64,000 bases of DNA, from the NCBI RefSeq assembly GCF_055900595.2, contig NZ_CM148325.1, one strand, 5' to 3'. A program made the position numbers and the translations under genes. Shown one piece after another: positions 49,238-59,084 of this stretch. The stretch's first letter is position 1, and every line of letters starts with the position of its first letter. Under the pieces are notes generated by a model that saw only the letters and a list, made by a program, of their open reading frames with translations, was not told the origin of the DNA and ran no database searches.

Positions 49238-50797
49238 TTATTTAATATCTTTCACGCGCATACCGTTGATCTGTTCATCCGTGATGGTGTTACCCGCTTT
49301 AAAGTAATCAACCACCGCGTGATAAACGTAATAACCGCCCGTCGTATTGCGCGCTTTACCCTCGGTAAACGCGGTAAAACCATCTCCACCATCAGCAAGG
49401 AAACTCTGAGTAGCAATGTGGTAAACCGTCGCATCTTCAATCGGTTTGCCATTCAGCGTCAGCGAGATAACCCGCTGACCAACCGGCTTGCTGCTGTCGT
49501 ACTTCATTTCCAGGCCTTTCGATACCTGTAAAACGCCATTACTTAAACTTGCGCCGTGTTCCATCAAACCGCGTAATTGTTTACCCGTGAGTTCCATCGT
49601 CACCAGTTCGTTGGGGAACGGGAAGGTACTGATGACGCCACCCATCGTAATTGCACCCGCCGGGATCTCATTGCGAATCCCACCAGAGTTGGTTAACGCC
49701 AACTGGGTATTTTTACCCGCCGCTACCAGTAAAGCGTCCGCCGCCAGGTTCCCCAGGGATGCCGATTCACCATAGGCACGTTTTAATTCAACTGGCGATT
49801 GCGCCACCGTTTGCTGCACGACTTCATCCAGCTTTTTATTCCAACTATCAATCACCTGTTTTGTTTGCGCATCGGGCTTCCACTCGTCGGCGTAAAGGGT
49901 TTTAAGCTCGAAGTTTTTCACCGTAAAAGTGTGCGGTTTCTCTTTGTAGTCGAGAACCAGTTTACCCACATCAATCCCACCGCTGTCAGTGGAGAGGATG
50001 AGCGTATTGCCGACTTTAATCGGTTCCGGCGTACCCACATGTGCATGCCCGGTGATCAAAATATCCAGCCCTTTCACCTGACTTGCCGTCTGAATATCTT
50101 TATCCAGTGCGCGGCGCACATCTGTGCCCCCCATACTGGACTGGCGGGCCGGAACACCTTCGTGAATCAGCGCAACGGTCAAATCAACCTTGCCTTTGAG
50201 TTCATCGATATAACGTTGTAGCCATTTAATTTCATCACGCGCCTCAATACCCACTCGCGTTGCCGCAGATACCGTATCATTAAAGGCAAATACACCGTGC
50301 AAACCTATAACACCAATTTTCACGCCGTCTTTTTCAATAATGGTATATGGCTTATCCCAGAATGATTTACTGCTGTTCTGATAAAAAACATTACCCTGCA
50401 CAATCGGGAATTGTGCCTGACTCAACTGTAATAACGTATTGTCCCAGCCGTGATCAAATTCATGATTACCTATAGTGGCCGCATCGAACGGCATGGTATT
50501 CATAATATCGATAATCGCCTTGCCTTTAGTCAGGCTGCTGATATACGGCCCGGTAAAATAGTCACCCGCATCAAAAAACCAGGTCGCTTTGTTTTTAGCT
50601 TTTTCTTGTTTAACAAGCGTAGTGATATTTGCCCAGCCGCCAATATCCCGTTTACCCTCAGCAATCCACGGCACTTTATAGGGCTCTACATGTGCGTGGA
50701 GGTCATTGGTATAAATAATGGTGACATCTTTGGCGCAGGCCCAAAACGGCAGTGTTAATGCGATACCCGCAGCAAGCATTTTAATTTTCATAAACAA
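49238..50797 (-). CDS. secreted 5'-nucleotidase / UDP-sugar hydrolase family metallophosphoesterase (UshA-like), paralog 1
   Basis: 519-aa ORF with a signal peptide ([18 protein letters not shown]), calcineurin-like motifs ([30 protein letters not shown]) and a C-terminal 5'-nucleotidase domain with the FPF nucleobase clamp. Start may be M3 or M7. Confidence 0.8.
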   Translation of the reverse strand: MFMKIKMLAAGIALTLPFWACAKDVTIIYTNDLHAHVEPYKVPWIAEGKRDIGGWANITTLVKQEKAKNKATWFFDAGDYFTGPYISSLTKGKAIIDIMNTMPFDAATIGNHEFDHGWDNTLLQLSQAQFPIVQGNVFYQNSSKSFWDKPYTIIEKDGVKIGVIGLHGVFAFNDTVSAATRVGIEARDEIKWLQRYIDELKGKVDLTVALIHEGVPARQSSMGGTDVRRALDKDIQTASQVKGLDILITGHAHVGTPEPIKVGNTLILSTDSGGIDVGKLVLDYKEKPHTFTVKNFELKTLYADEWKPDAQTKQVIDSWNKKLDEVVQQTVAQSPVELKRAYGESASLGNLAADALLVAAGKNTQLALTNSGGIRNEIPAGAITMGGVISTFPFPNELVTMELTGKQLRGLMEHGASLSNGVLQVSKGLEMKYDSSKPVGQRVISLTLNGKPIEDATVYHIATQSFLADGGDGFTAFTEGKARNTTGGYYVYHAVVDYFKAGNTITDEQINGMRVKDIK

Positions 50798-50923
50798 TCC
50801 CTTCCAGTGAGATAAAGGATTGCTACATTACGTTCTGAAAGGCTTTTTTATGTGAGAATACTCACATCCAGAGGCAATAACTGTAGGACAAAATCGACGA
50901 CCTTATGAAATCGTTGGTGATAT

Positions 50924-52051
50924 ATGTCAAATCTGTTTGCGATTAATGTCTGTAAAACGTTCGGTTGTCGAAATTTGGGATTGGCCTCATCGGAAGATTA
51001 CAGTTGGCCAGACTATAAACTGGGTTTTCCGGCACTGCACTGCCAGGCATGCGGAAGTTACCCCCCTTTGTTTGATGAACAACAATTTCGTGACTGGTTG
51101 TCAGTTCACATGACTGCGTGTGCCATAGAAACAGGGCATTTTTGTCCATCATGCTATTGTAAAGAAAAGATTTTTTATGGCCACAACCCGCATGGAACAC
51201 AACGCGTTCAATGCCGTTCATGCAAAAAAGTCTGGACTCCGAAACAGCAGCCAGCAAGAGAAATTACGTATCCCCAGTCCATTGAAACCGTTCAACTGTT
51301 CATGCCCTTTCAAGGAGCCAGCGCACTACAAAAGCTCTATGTTTTAGTCAGTCTTGACGCCACTCGTGGCAACATCCTTCATCTCTCCACGAATTATACG
51401 CAACATCAGACAGGAGACAGTCTGCGGTACAGTTACAGAGGCAATACAGAACCAACTGAGCACCATAGCGATATTGTGCAGAGGGTAGATATGCGTGAAG
51501 CGCAATTCTTGCGCCGGAGCCAGTTCGATGAAATTCAGTATGGCAGTGCTGTGCTCAAGCGCAATGGCAAGGGAGCCATACTACGCCCGGTTATCACGGC
51601 TCACGGGCATTTCAGAATACTGAAAATCCGCTTTCCACATGTCAAAACGCATATCATTTCACACGAATGTTTTCTGAGAGGCGCAATTATTACAGCCTGG
51701 GCAGATCAGTTCCGCCAACAACAAGGCGAACTTTGGTTCGTAGAAGAAGAAATCAGCGACCGTAACGCTGATATTCCCTGGCATTTTCAGGGAACGACAT
51801 ACCATGGTTGGTGGCAAAATCAGTGGCAACGCTGGGGGCAGGGGAATAACAGCAAGATGGTCTGCCTGCTCACAGGAGTCTCCTTAGAAAGGGGCGCAAA
51901 TGTTTCTCTGGCAACCAGTCGTTGCTTTATCACATGGCTGACAGACCAACACGACTTTACCCAAAGCGCGTTATTATCCGCAGGTCGCGTAACGAAAATG
52001 CTGACCTCACTGGCGTTAAAATACAATGAATCGCTCACTCCATCTTGTTAG
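50924..52051 (+). CDS. hypothetical Cys-rich protein with a transposase-type zinc-ribbon motif
   Basis: 375-aa ORF. N-terminal Cys pairs (CKTFGC, HCQACG, FCPSCYC, QCRSCKKVW); the segment CPSC...GTQRVQCRSCKKVW resembles the IS1/IS1595 transposase zinc ribbon. No recognisable DDE triad or HTH seen by eye. Confidence 0.5.
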   Translation: MSNLFAINVCKTFGCRNLGLASSEDYSWPDYKLGFPALHCQACGSYPPLFDEQQFRDWLSVHMTACAIETGHFCPSCYCKEKIFYGHNPHGTQRVQCRSCKKVWTPKQQPAREITYPQSIETVQLFMPFQGASALQKLYVLVSLDATRGNILHLSTNYTQHQTGDSLRYSYRGNTEPTEHHSDIVQRVDMREAQFLRRSQFDEIQYGSAVLKRNGKGAILRPVITAHGHFRILKIRFPHVKTHIISHECFLRGAIITAWADQFRQQQGELWFVEEEISDRNADIPWHFQGTTYHGWWQNQWQRWGQGNNSKMVCLLTGVSLERGANVSLATSRCFITWLTDQHDFTQSALLSAGRVTKMLTSLALKYNESLTPSC

Positions 52052-52280
52052 TCAATACACTCGACAAACGACCATAAATTAATGGGATCACTATTTCTCA
52101 TTTAATTAAATATATGAATGTATGACTGAAAAATATAATCACAGTCAATGTTTAATTAATAACATTATTTGTTACTAAGATCACATAATACTTTCCTGAC
52201 CTATGCTTACATAAAAATAAGACACGGAGTTCCTTTTATTTAAATAATTCAACCAATGTAACAACCCCTATCAAGGAGGG

Positions 52281-53834
52281 ATGATGAGAACTGTATTTAC
52301 GACTTTATCAGTCATATTCAGCGTGATGTTTTCTCACAGTATACTAGCTCAGGACGTTACTATTTATTATACGAATGATATTCACGCACATGTCAATCCG
52401 GCAAAAATTCCCGCTGTTGATAAGAACAGACTTGTAGGTGGTATGGCTAATATTGCAGGCATCGTTAATGAAGCGAAGAAAAAAAACAAAGATGTCTTTT
52501 TCTTTGATGCAGGCGACTATTTTACCGGTCCGTATATCAGTACCCTGACCAAAGGTGAAGCTATTATTGATATCATGAACACCATGCCCTTTGATGCGGT
52601 GTCCGTTGGTAATCACGAGTTCGATCACGGCGTGCCCAATATGGTATCTCAGTTATCAAAAGCAAAATTCCCCATTCTGCTGGGAAATATTTACTACACC
52701 GATACAAATAAACCAGTTTGGGATCATCCGTGGACTATTATCGAAAAAGATGGTTTAAAGATTGGTGTGATTGGATTGCATGGTGCATTCGCTTTCTATG
52801 ATACAGTCGCGGCAAAAGCACGTGAAGGCGTAGAAGCCAGAGACGAAATTAAATATTTAAATAAAGCACTTGCAGAATTAAAAGGTAAAGTCGACATTAC
52901 CGTTTTGCTAATTCACGAAGGTGTTCCGGCGCGTCAATCAAGCTTTGGTAGTAAAGATGTGGAGCGGCTACTACAGGCAGATATTGAGACAGCTAAAAAA
53001 GTGAATGGTGTTGATGTCTTAATTACCGGTCACGCACATGTCGGAACACCGCAACCAATAAAAGTTAATAACACATTAATTGTATCTACCGATGCATACG
53101 GCACCGACATCGGAAAACTTGTGCTTGATTACAATCCGAAAACGAAGAAAATTGATAGTTATAATGGTGAGTTAATCACCATCTTCGCAGATCAATTTAA
53201 ACCTGACACCATCGTTCAAAATACTATCGATAAATGGAGTGCAAAGCTTAACAAAATAACACAGGAAGTTGTCGGCCATTCTCCCGTAGTTTTAACACGT
53301 GAGTATGGCAGTTCTTCTTCTACCGGTAACCTTATTCTTGATGCAATGATGGAAAAAACACCAGATGCCATTGCCGGATTTCAAAATAGCGGTGGGATGC
53401 GAGCTGATTTTCCTAAAGGTGATATCACGCTGGGAGATGTTATTAGCACATTCCCCTTTAATAATGACCTCATCGAGATGGATTTGACGGGCCGCGATCT
53501 CAAATCGTTGATGACGCATGCAACCAATCTAACTAACGGTGTGTTACAGGTTTCAAAAAGCGTTGCGGTTGTCTATGACAGCAAAAAACCACTGAACCAA
53601 CGGTTAATCTCTTTCACCATTAACGGCAAACCCGTGGAAGATAATCAAACATATCGTATTGTCACGCACTCCTTTTGTGCCAGTGGTGGTGACGGTTTTG
53701 AAGCATTTTTGAATGGAAAAAATGTGAAGACGATACCGGGAACAACCTCGGCGGAATCTATCATCGATTATTTCAAAAATCATAAACCTGTCACCCCAGA
53801 CTTAACTAAACGAGTAATGGACGTCGCCAAATAA
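52281..53834 (+). CDS. secreted 5'-nucleotidase family metallophosphoesterase (UshA-like), paralog 2
   Basis: 517-aa ORF with a signal peptide (MMRTVFTTLSVIFSVMFSHSILA-QD) and the same catalytic motifs (YTNDIHAH, GDYFTGP, GNHEFD, GHAHVG, TFPF); the most divergent of the three copies. Confidence 0.8.
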   Translation: MMRTVFTTLSVIFSVMFSHSILAQDVTIYYTNDIHAHVNPAKIPAVDKNRLVGGMANIAGIVNEAKKKNKDVFFFDAGDYFTGPYISTLTKGEAIIDIMNTMPFDAVSVGNHEFDHGVPNMVSQLSKAKFPILLGNIYYTDTNKPVWDHPWTIIEKDGLKIGVIGLHGAFAFYDTVAAKAREGVEARDEIKYLNKALAELKGKVDITVLLIHEGVPARQSSFGSKDVERLLQADIETAKKVNGVDVLITGHAHVGTPQPIKVNNTLIVSTDAYGTDIGKLVLDYNPKTKKIDSYNGELITIFADQFKPDTIVQNTIDKWSAKLNKITQEVVGHSPVVLTREYGSSSSTGNLILDAMMEKTPDAIAGFQNSGGMRADFPKGDITLGDVISTFPFNNDLIEMDLTGRDLKSLMTHATNLTNGVLQVSKSVAVVYDSKKPLNQRLISFTINGKPVEDNQTYRIVTHSFCASGGDGFEAFLNGKNVKTIPGTTSAESIIDYFKNHKPVTPDLTKRVMDVAK

Positions 53835-53868
53835 AATATCATTTATCAGTCTATTTATTTAACAAGGA

Positions 53869-55494
53869 ATGCGAATGAAAACAGTGCAGCGTACTTTACT
53901 TGCCGCAACATTGCTGACTATTTTTTCGGTCTCAGCCATGGCGCAGGATGTCACGATTATTTATACCAATGATCTTCACGCTCATGTGGATTCTTATAAA
54001 GTGCCGTATATCGCAGACGGAAAACGCGACATTGGCGGCTTTGCCAATATATCTACTTTAGTAAAACAAGAGAAAGCGAAAAATAAAGCCACCTTTTATT
54101 TTGATGCTGGAGACTATTTCACCGGCCCTTATATCAGCAGTCTGACAAAGGGCGAAGCAATAATTGACATTATGAATACCATGCCTTTTGACGCAGTATC
54201 AATCGGTAATCATGAGTTTGACCATGGCTGGGATAATGCCCTGCGACAATTAAGCAAAGCGAATTTTCCTGTTTTATTGGGCAATGTTTATCATAAAGAG
54301 AGTGAGAAACCCTTCTGGAACAAGCCCTACACCATCCTGGAAAAAGATGGCATCAAGATTGGTATTATTGGGCTACACGGCGTATTTGCATTTAATGATA
54401 CGGTCTCGGAGCTCTCTCTCCAGGGACTCGATAATGACAATAATAACCGCTTTGATAAATCTTCCGAGACCCTTAAGAATCAGGGGATTGAAGCACGTGA
54501 TGAAGTGAAGTATTTGCAGCATTATATCGACGAGTTACGTGATAAGGTTGACCTCACTGTGGCGCTGGTTCATGAAGGCGTTCCGGCGCGTCAGTCCAGC
54601 ATTGGCAATACAGATGTTAGACGCGCTCTTGATAAAGATATTCAAACCGCTAGCAAGGTGAAAGGATTGGATATTCTGATTACCGGGCATGCCCACGTCG
54701 GAACGCCAGAGCCAATCAAAGTCGGCAACACCTTAATCCTTTCAACTGATAGTGGCGGTATCGATATTGGTAAATTAGTCCTTGATGTCAACCCTACAGC
54801 TCGTACCCATAAAATGAAGAGCTTTGAGCTGAAAACAGTTTATGCCGATGAATGGATACCCGATCCAACGACACAAAAAGTTATCAATGGCTGGAATAAA
54901 AAACTGGCGGATATTGTACGCCAACCAGTGGGTGAATCATCGATTGCATTAACTCGCGCCTATGGTGAGTCATCGCAACTAGGCAACCTGTTTACCGATG
55001 CAATGCTTGTCGCTGCTCCGACTGCACAGATTGCATTGATAAACTCCGGCAGCTTACGTGCGGATATAAATGCAGGCACGATTACCTTTGGCGACATTAC
55101 CAGTACATTCCCCTTCAAGAATGAACTTACTGAAATGGATCTCAGCGGTAAGGATCTGCGTAACCTACTGGAACACGGGGCATCGCTTACCAATGGCATC
55201 CTGCAAATGTCAAAAGGCGCAGAAATGCGCTATACCCCGCAGAAACCAGTAGGTCAGCGCATAGTATCTTTTAAAATTAATGGTGAAGAGATCGTTGATA
55301 CGAATATTTACCATGTTGCAACAACGACTTTCCTTGCACTGGGGGGCGATGGTTTTCTGGCATTCAAAGAAGGGAAAAATGTTCAGGTCCGCGCCGGAAA
55401 TAACATGTCCGATGTCGTGATCGATTATTTGAAGAAAGGCCACAAGATTACGCCTGCACAGGTAAATGAAATGCGGGTGGACGTTAGCAAATAA
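53869..55494 (+). CDS. secreted 5'-nucleotidase family metallophosphoesterase (UshA-like), paralog 3
   Basis: 541-aa ORF with a signal peptide (...FSVSAMA-QD) and the same motifs; very similar to paralog 1 (roughly three-quarters identical by eye) but with an extra roughly 24-aa Asn/Asp-rich insertion (ELSLQGLDNDNNNRFDKSSETLKNQG). Confidence 0.8.
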   Translation: MRMKTVQRTLLAATLLTIFSVSAMAQDVTIIYTNDLHAHVDSYKVPYIADGKRDIGGFANISTLVKQEKAKNKATFYFDAGDYFTGPYISSLTKGEAIIDIMNTMPFDAVSIGNHEFDHGWDNALRQLSKANFPVLLGNVYHKESEKPFWNKPYTILEKDGIKIGIIGLHGVFAFNDTVSELSLQGLDNDNNNRFDKSSETLKNQGIEARDEVKYLQHYIDELRDKVDLTVALVHEGVPARQSSIGNTDVRRALDKDIQTASKVKGLDILITGHAHVGTPEPIKVGNTLILSTDSGGIDIGKLVLDVNPTARTHKMKSFELKTVYADEWIPDPTTQKVINGWNKKLADIVRQPVGESSIALTRAYGESSQLGNLFTDAMLVAAPTAQIALINSGSLRADINAGTITFGDITSTFPFKNELTEMDLSGKDLRNLLEHGASLTNGILQMSKGAEMRYTPQKPVGQRIVSFKINGEEIVDTNIYHVATTTFLALGGDGFLAFKEGKNVQVRAGNNMSDVVIDYLKKGHKITPAQVNEMRVDVSK

Positions 55495-55504
55495 TAAAAA
55501 AATT

Positions 55505-55540
55505 ATAATGCCATTCATTCACTGAATGGCATTATTTTTC
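55505..55540 (+). terminator. intrinsic terminator after nucleotidase paralog 3
   Basis: Hairpin AATGCCATTCA-TTCAC-TGAATGGCATT followed by ATTTTTC. Confidence 0.7.
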
Positions 55541-55572
55541 TCTAAATCAACAATAAATAATGAGATATATTT

Positions 55573-56433
55573 ATGTGTATAAAAAAGCACGGGATAGCTT
55601 TATCGATTCTATTAATACCTTGCATTGGAAACGCTCAGGAAATTAAAAGTGAGGAAGGCTGGTTACATCAAAGCTTGAATGTCATTGGTCGCACAGACTC
55701 TCGCTTTGGCCCAAGGCTGACTAACGACCTCTACCCTGAATATACTGTAGCAGGAAGAAAAGACTGGTTTGATTTTTATGGTTATGTTGATCTACCAAAA
55801 TTCTTTGGCGTCGGCAGTCACTATGATGTTGGGATCTGGGATGAGGGCTCACCACTATTTACGGAAATAGAACCTCGGTTTTCCATTGACAAATTGACCG
55901 GATTAAATCTTGCGTTCGGCCCTTTTAAAGAATGGTTCATTGCAAACAACTATGTCTATGATATGGGTGACAACCAGTCATCCCGGCAAAGTACATGGTA
56001 TATGGGGCTTGGTACAGATATCGACACGGGTCTACCAATTAAGCTTTCTGCCAATATATACGCCAAGTATCAGTGGCAAAACTATGGTGCCGCTAATGAA
56101 AATGAATGGGACGGATATCGATTCAAAATAAAATATAGCATTCCTCTTACCCATTTATTCGGAGGGCGATTGGTATACAATAGTTTTACTAACTTTGATT
56201 TTGGCTCCGATCTTGCGGACAAATCACACAATAATAAACGAACCAGTAATGCTATTGCTTCAAGCCATATCCTTTCCCTGCTATATGAACACTGGAAATT
56301 TGCATTTACACTACGTTATTTTCACAACGGTGGACAATGGAATGCTGGGGAGAAAGTTAACTTCGGAGATGGTCCATTTGAATTAAAAAACACAGGATGG
56401 GGAACCTATACTACTATTGGTTATCAATTTTAA
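55573..56433 (+). CDS. Tsx-family outer-membrane nucleoside-specific channel (paralog of tsx)
   Basis: 286-aa ORF with a signal peptide ([23 protein letters not shown]). Long blocks match E. coli Tsx as I recall it ([83 protein letters not shown]), and the C-terminal aromatic residue is typical of beta-barrels. Confidence 0.85.
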   Translation: MCIKKHGIALSILLIPCIGNAQEIKSEEGWLHQSLNVIGRTDSRFGPRLTNDLYPEYTVAGRKDWFDFYGYVDLPKFFGVGSHYDVGIWDEGSPLFTEIEPRFSIDKLTGLNLAFGPFKEWFIANNYVYDMGDNQSSRQSTWYMGLGTDIDTGLPIKLSANIYAKYQWQNYGAANENEWDGYRFKIKYSIPLTHLFGGRLVYNSFTNFDFGSDLADKSHNNKRTSNAIASSHILSLLYEHWKFAFTLRYFHNGGQWNAGEKVNFGDGPFELKNTGWGTYTTIGYQF

Positions 56434-56614
56434 ATCAGGTGATGTTTTAGATATTTTTACTTAATGCCATTTTGTAATTGTCATAAATAACTTCACCATT
56501 CACACTGTGAATTCATCGCTCAACACAAAAGCCCCCTTATTACCGGGGCACTGACCAAAGGCAAAATGACAATCAATCACCACCTCCGCAGGAGGTGGTT
56601 TAGAGGTGACAACA

Positions 56615-56641
56615 AAAGCTGGCAACTGCCAGCTTTTGTTC
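56615..56641. terminator. bidirectional intrinsic terminator downstream of metL
   Basis: Perfect palindrome AACAAAAGCTGGCA-ACT-GCCAGCTTTTGTT immediately 3' of the metL stop; a second hairpin ACCACCTCC-GCA-GGAGGTGGT lies at 56578..56598. Confidence 0.75.
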
Positions 56642-56649
56642 AATAATCA

Positions 56650-59082
56650 CTACAACAACTGCGCCAGACGGTTAATATCCGACTGAATCGCCCCAGCGGT
56701 GACGTCGCGCCCTGCACCTGGCCCGCGGATCACCAGCGGGTTGTCGCGATACCAGCGGCTTTCGATGGCAAAGACGTTATCGCACGGTAGTAGTGATGCC
56801 AGCGGATGGTCTTCACGCACCGCTTCCACGCCCACTCGCGCTTTGCCGTTGGCATCGAAACGCGCCACGTAGCGCAACACCAGCCCCATTTCACGGGCCG
56901 CTTCCAACCGTTGTACCATCTGCTCATTAAGTTCATCGCCATTTTCAAAGAAATGGTCGATGCTTCCACCTTCGCAATGGGTTGGCACCAGTGATTCAAC
57001 ACGCACCTGGTCCGGTTCAATGTTGTAACCCGCTTCACGCGCCAGAATCACCAGCTTGCGCATCACATCTTTGCCGGAGAGGTCATCACGCGGGTCAGGT
57101 TCAGTTAAGCCCTGCTGCCACGCCTGATCCACCAGCTCAGTAAACGGCACGCTACCGTCGAATTGCAGGAACAGCCAGGAGAGCGTGCCGGAGAAGATCC
57201 CGCTGATCGACAAAATAGTGTCGCCGCTGTCGATCAGATCGCGCACGGTATGGTTGATCGGCAAACCTGCGCCGACGGTGGCGTTGTATAGCCAGTGACG
57301 CCCGGTTTTTTCGAACGCGTCGTGGATCTGGCGATATTTATTGCTGTCGCTCGCTCCCGCCAGTTTGTTGGCACTGATGACGTGGAAACCGTGGCTGGCG
57401 AAATCGAGATACTGATCAGCAAGCTGCTGGCTGGCAGTAACGTCCAGCACAACTAAATCATCATACGGATGGGCACGCATCCACAGGAATAGCGACTCTT
57501 CATCCTGTTCGACGGCTTCATCATTAAAGAAGGCTAGCGCACGGCTGGCGTCCAGCCCGTCATAGCTCAACAGGCTGCGACGGCTGTCCACCACGCCTGC
57601 CAGCACAAATTCAAAGCCGGTGCGCGCCGAGAGCGTGCTCTGCTCACGGGCGAACAGTTCCAGCCAGCGGGAACCGATATTGCCCTTACCGAACAATACC
57701 AGGCCGATGCGTTTTTCTGCGCGGAAGACGGACTGATGCAGCCCCTGAATCAGGCTTTCGGTCGGGCCGGTGCGCAGTACTGCCACCAGGCTGATGCCGT
57801 CATCGGACTGCCAGGTAAACTCGACCGGCTGGCCTTTCAGTTGCTGCCAGAAGCGGTGGCAATGCAGCGGGTTACGGGTGACGCCCGCCCCAACCATCGC
57901 CACCAGCGCCAGCCCCTGACGCAGACGCAGTTCGCCGGGTAATCCTGCTTCGTCGAGGATTTTCAGCGCACTGTCGGCCACTTCCGAGGTGTAGCAAAAT
58001 TGCAGCAACTGGCGATCGTTATGCACGCCAACTGCCAGTGGGCGCACCTGAGCACGTTTCAGGATTTGGTCGATCTCTTTATGCGCCAGTTTAAAATCCT
58101 GACTGGCGGGCACCTGAAACTCAATCAAACAGACATCATCGTGGCTGGTGACAATACGCGCGCCAGTACCTGAGGCCAGCACGCGTTCAATGCGCGTGGA
58201 ACCTTGATCCGGCGTGTAGCTACAGCGCAGCTGCAGGTCGATTTCGCTGCCAGAAACTGGCTGTAAAGTACGGGCGTGAAGAACGGGGGCCGCCAGACGC
58301 GCCAGTTCGCTGGCTTCATCCAGACGCAGCAACGGCAGCAGGCAGGCGTCTTTCACTTTACGCGGGTCGGCGCTATATACCCCGGCGACATCGCTCCAGA
58401 TGGTTACGCGGGAAACTCCCGCCAGCGCACCGATTTGTGTCGCGGAATAGTCGGAACCGTTACGCCCCAGCAGCACCGTTTCACCGGCGTTGTTGCGGCT
58501 GATAAATCCGGTCACCACCAGGCGTTTGCCCGGATGTTGCACCAGTAGTTGTTGCAGCAATGGGTACGAAAGGCCTTCATCAACCTGTGGTTGCGCGGCA
58601 CGTTCAGCGCGTAAAAACTCGCGGGCATCAAGCCAGGCCGCAGGCAATCCTTGTTGATTAAGCACCGCAGACATTAAGCGTGCCGACCACACTTCCCCGT
58701 GGCCCACCACTTCTGCATACACCGCATCATTAATACCGCTGTCGAGCAGCGCCGCGAGGCGTTCCAGATCGCTGACAAAGGCGCTAATGAGGCTATCGGC
58801 TTCTTCGGCGGGTAGCAGGCCGCTAATCAGATCGCACTGATAGCGACGCAGCGTTTGTTGAACCTGATGCGCAGAGAGACGATCGGCCTGGCTTAGTTTC
58901 AACCAGTTAATCAACTGGTTAGTGGTGCTACCGGCGGCGGAAACCACCATCATATCGTCAGGCTGAGAGTACTCCGCCATAATGCCCGCGACACGCAAAT
59001 AACACTTCACATCAGCCAGACTACTGCCACCAAATTTATGCAGTTGACGACCTTTCGCCCCTGCCTGCGCAATCACACTCAT
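56650..59082 (-). CDS. metL: bifunctional aspartokinase II / homoserine dehydrogenase II
   Basis: 810-aa ORF (MSVIAQAGAKGRQLHKFGGSSLADVKCYLRVAGIMAEY...) with an N-terminal aspartokinase domain and a C-terminal homoserine dehydrogenase domain. Confidence 0.95.
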   Translation of the reverse strand: MSVIAQAGAKGRQLHKFGGSSLADVKCYLRVAGIMAEYSQPDDMMVVSAAGSTTNQLINWLKLSQADRLSAHQVQQTLRRYQCDLISGLLPAEEADSLISAFVSDLERLAALLDSGINDAVYAEVVGHGEVWSARLMSAVLNQQGLPAAWLDAREFLRAERAAQPQVDEGLSYPLLQQLLVQHPGKRLVVTGFISRNNAGETVLLGRNGSDYSATQIGALAGVSRVTIWSDVAGVYSADPRKVKDACLLPLLRLDEASELARLAAPVLHARTLQPVSGSEIDLQLRCSYTPDQGSTRIERVLASGTGARIVTSHDDVCLIEFQVPASQDFKLAHKEIDQILKRAQVRPLAVGVHNDRQLLQFCYTSEVADSALKILDEAGLPGELRLRQGLALVAMVGAGVTRNPLHCHRFWQQLKGQPVEFTWQSDDGISLVAVLRTGPTESLIQGLHQSVFRAEKRIGLVLFGKGNIGSRWLELFAREQSTLSARTGFEFVLAGVVDSRRSLLSYDGLDASRALAFFNDEAVEQDEESLFLWMRAHPYDDLVVLDVTASQQLADQYLDFASHGFHVISANKLAGASDSNKYRQIHDAFEKTGRHWLYNATVGAGLPINHTVRDLIDSGDTILSISGIFSGTLSWLFLQFDGSVPFTELVDQAWQQGLTEPDPRDDLSGKDVMRKLVILAREAGYNIEPDQVRVESLVPTHCEGGSIDHFFENGDELNEQMVQRLEAAREMGLVLRYVARFDANGKARVGVEAVREDHPLASLLPCDNVFAIESRWYRDNPLVIRGPGAGRDVTAGAIQSDINRLAQLL

Positions 59083-59084
59083 TT

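Noticed and set aside
50798-52280. Considered calling ORF 50924..52051 an IS1595-family insertion sequence
   Set aside because: Only the zinc-ribbon motif resembles a transposase. I could not identify a DDE triad or flanking inverted repeats by eye, so it is reported as a hypothetical protein with a finding rather than a mobile element.
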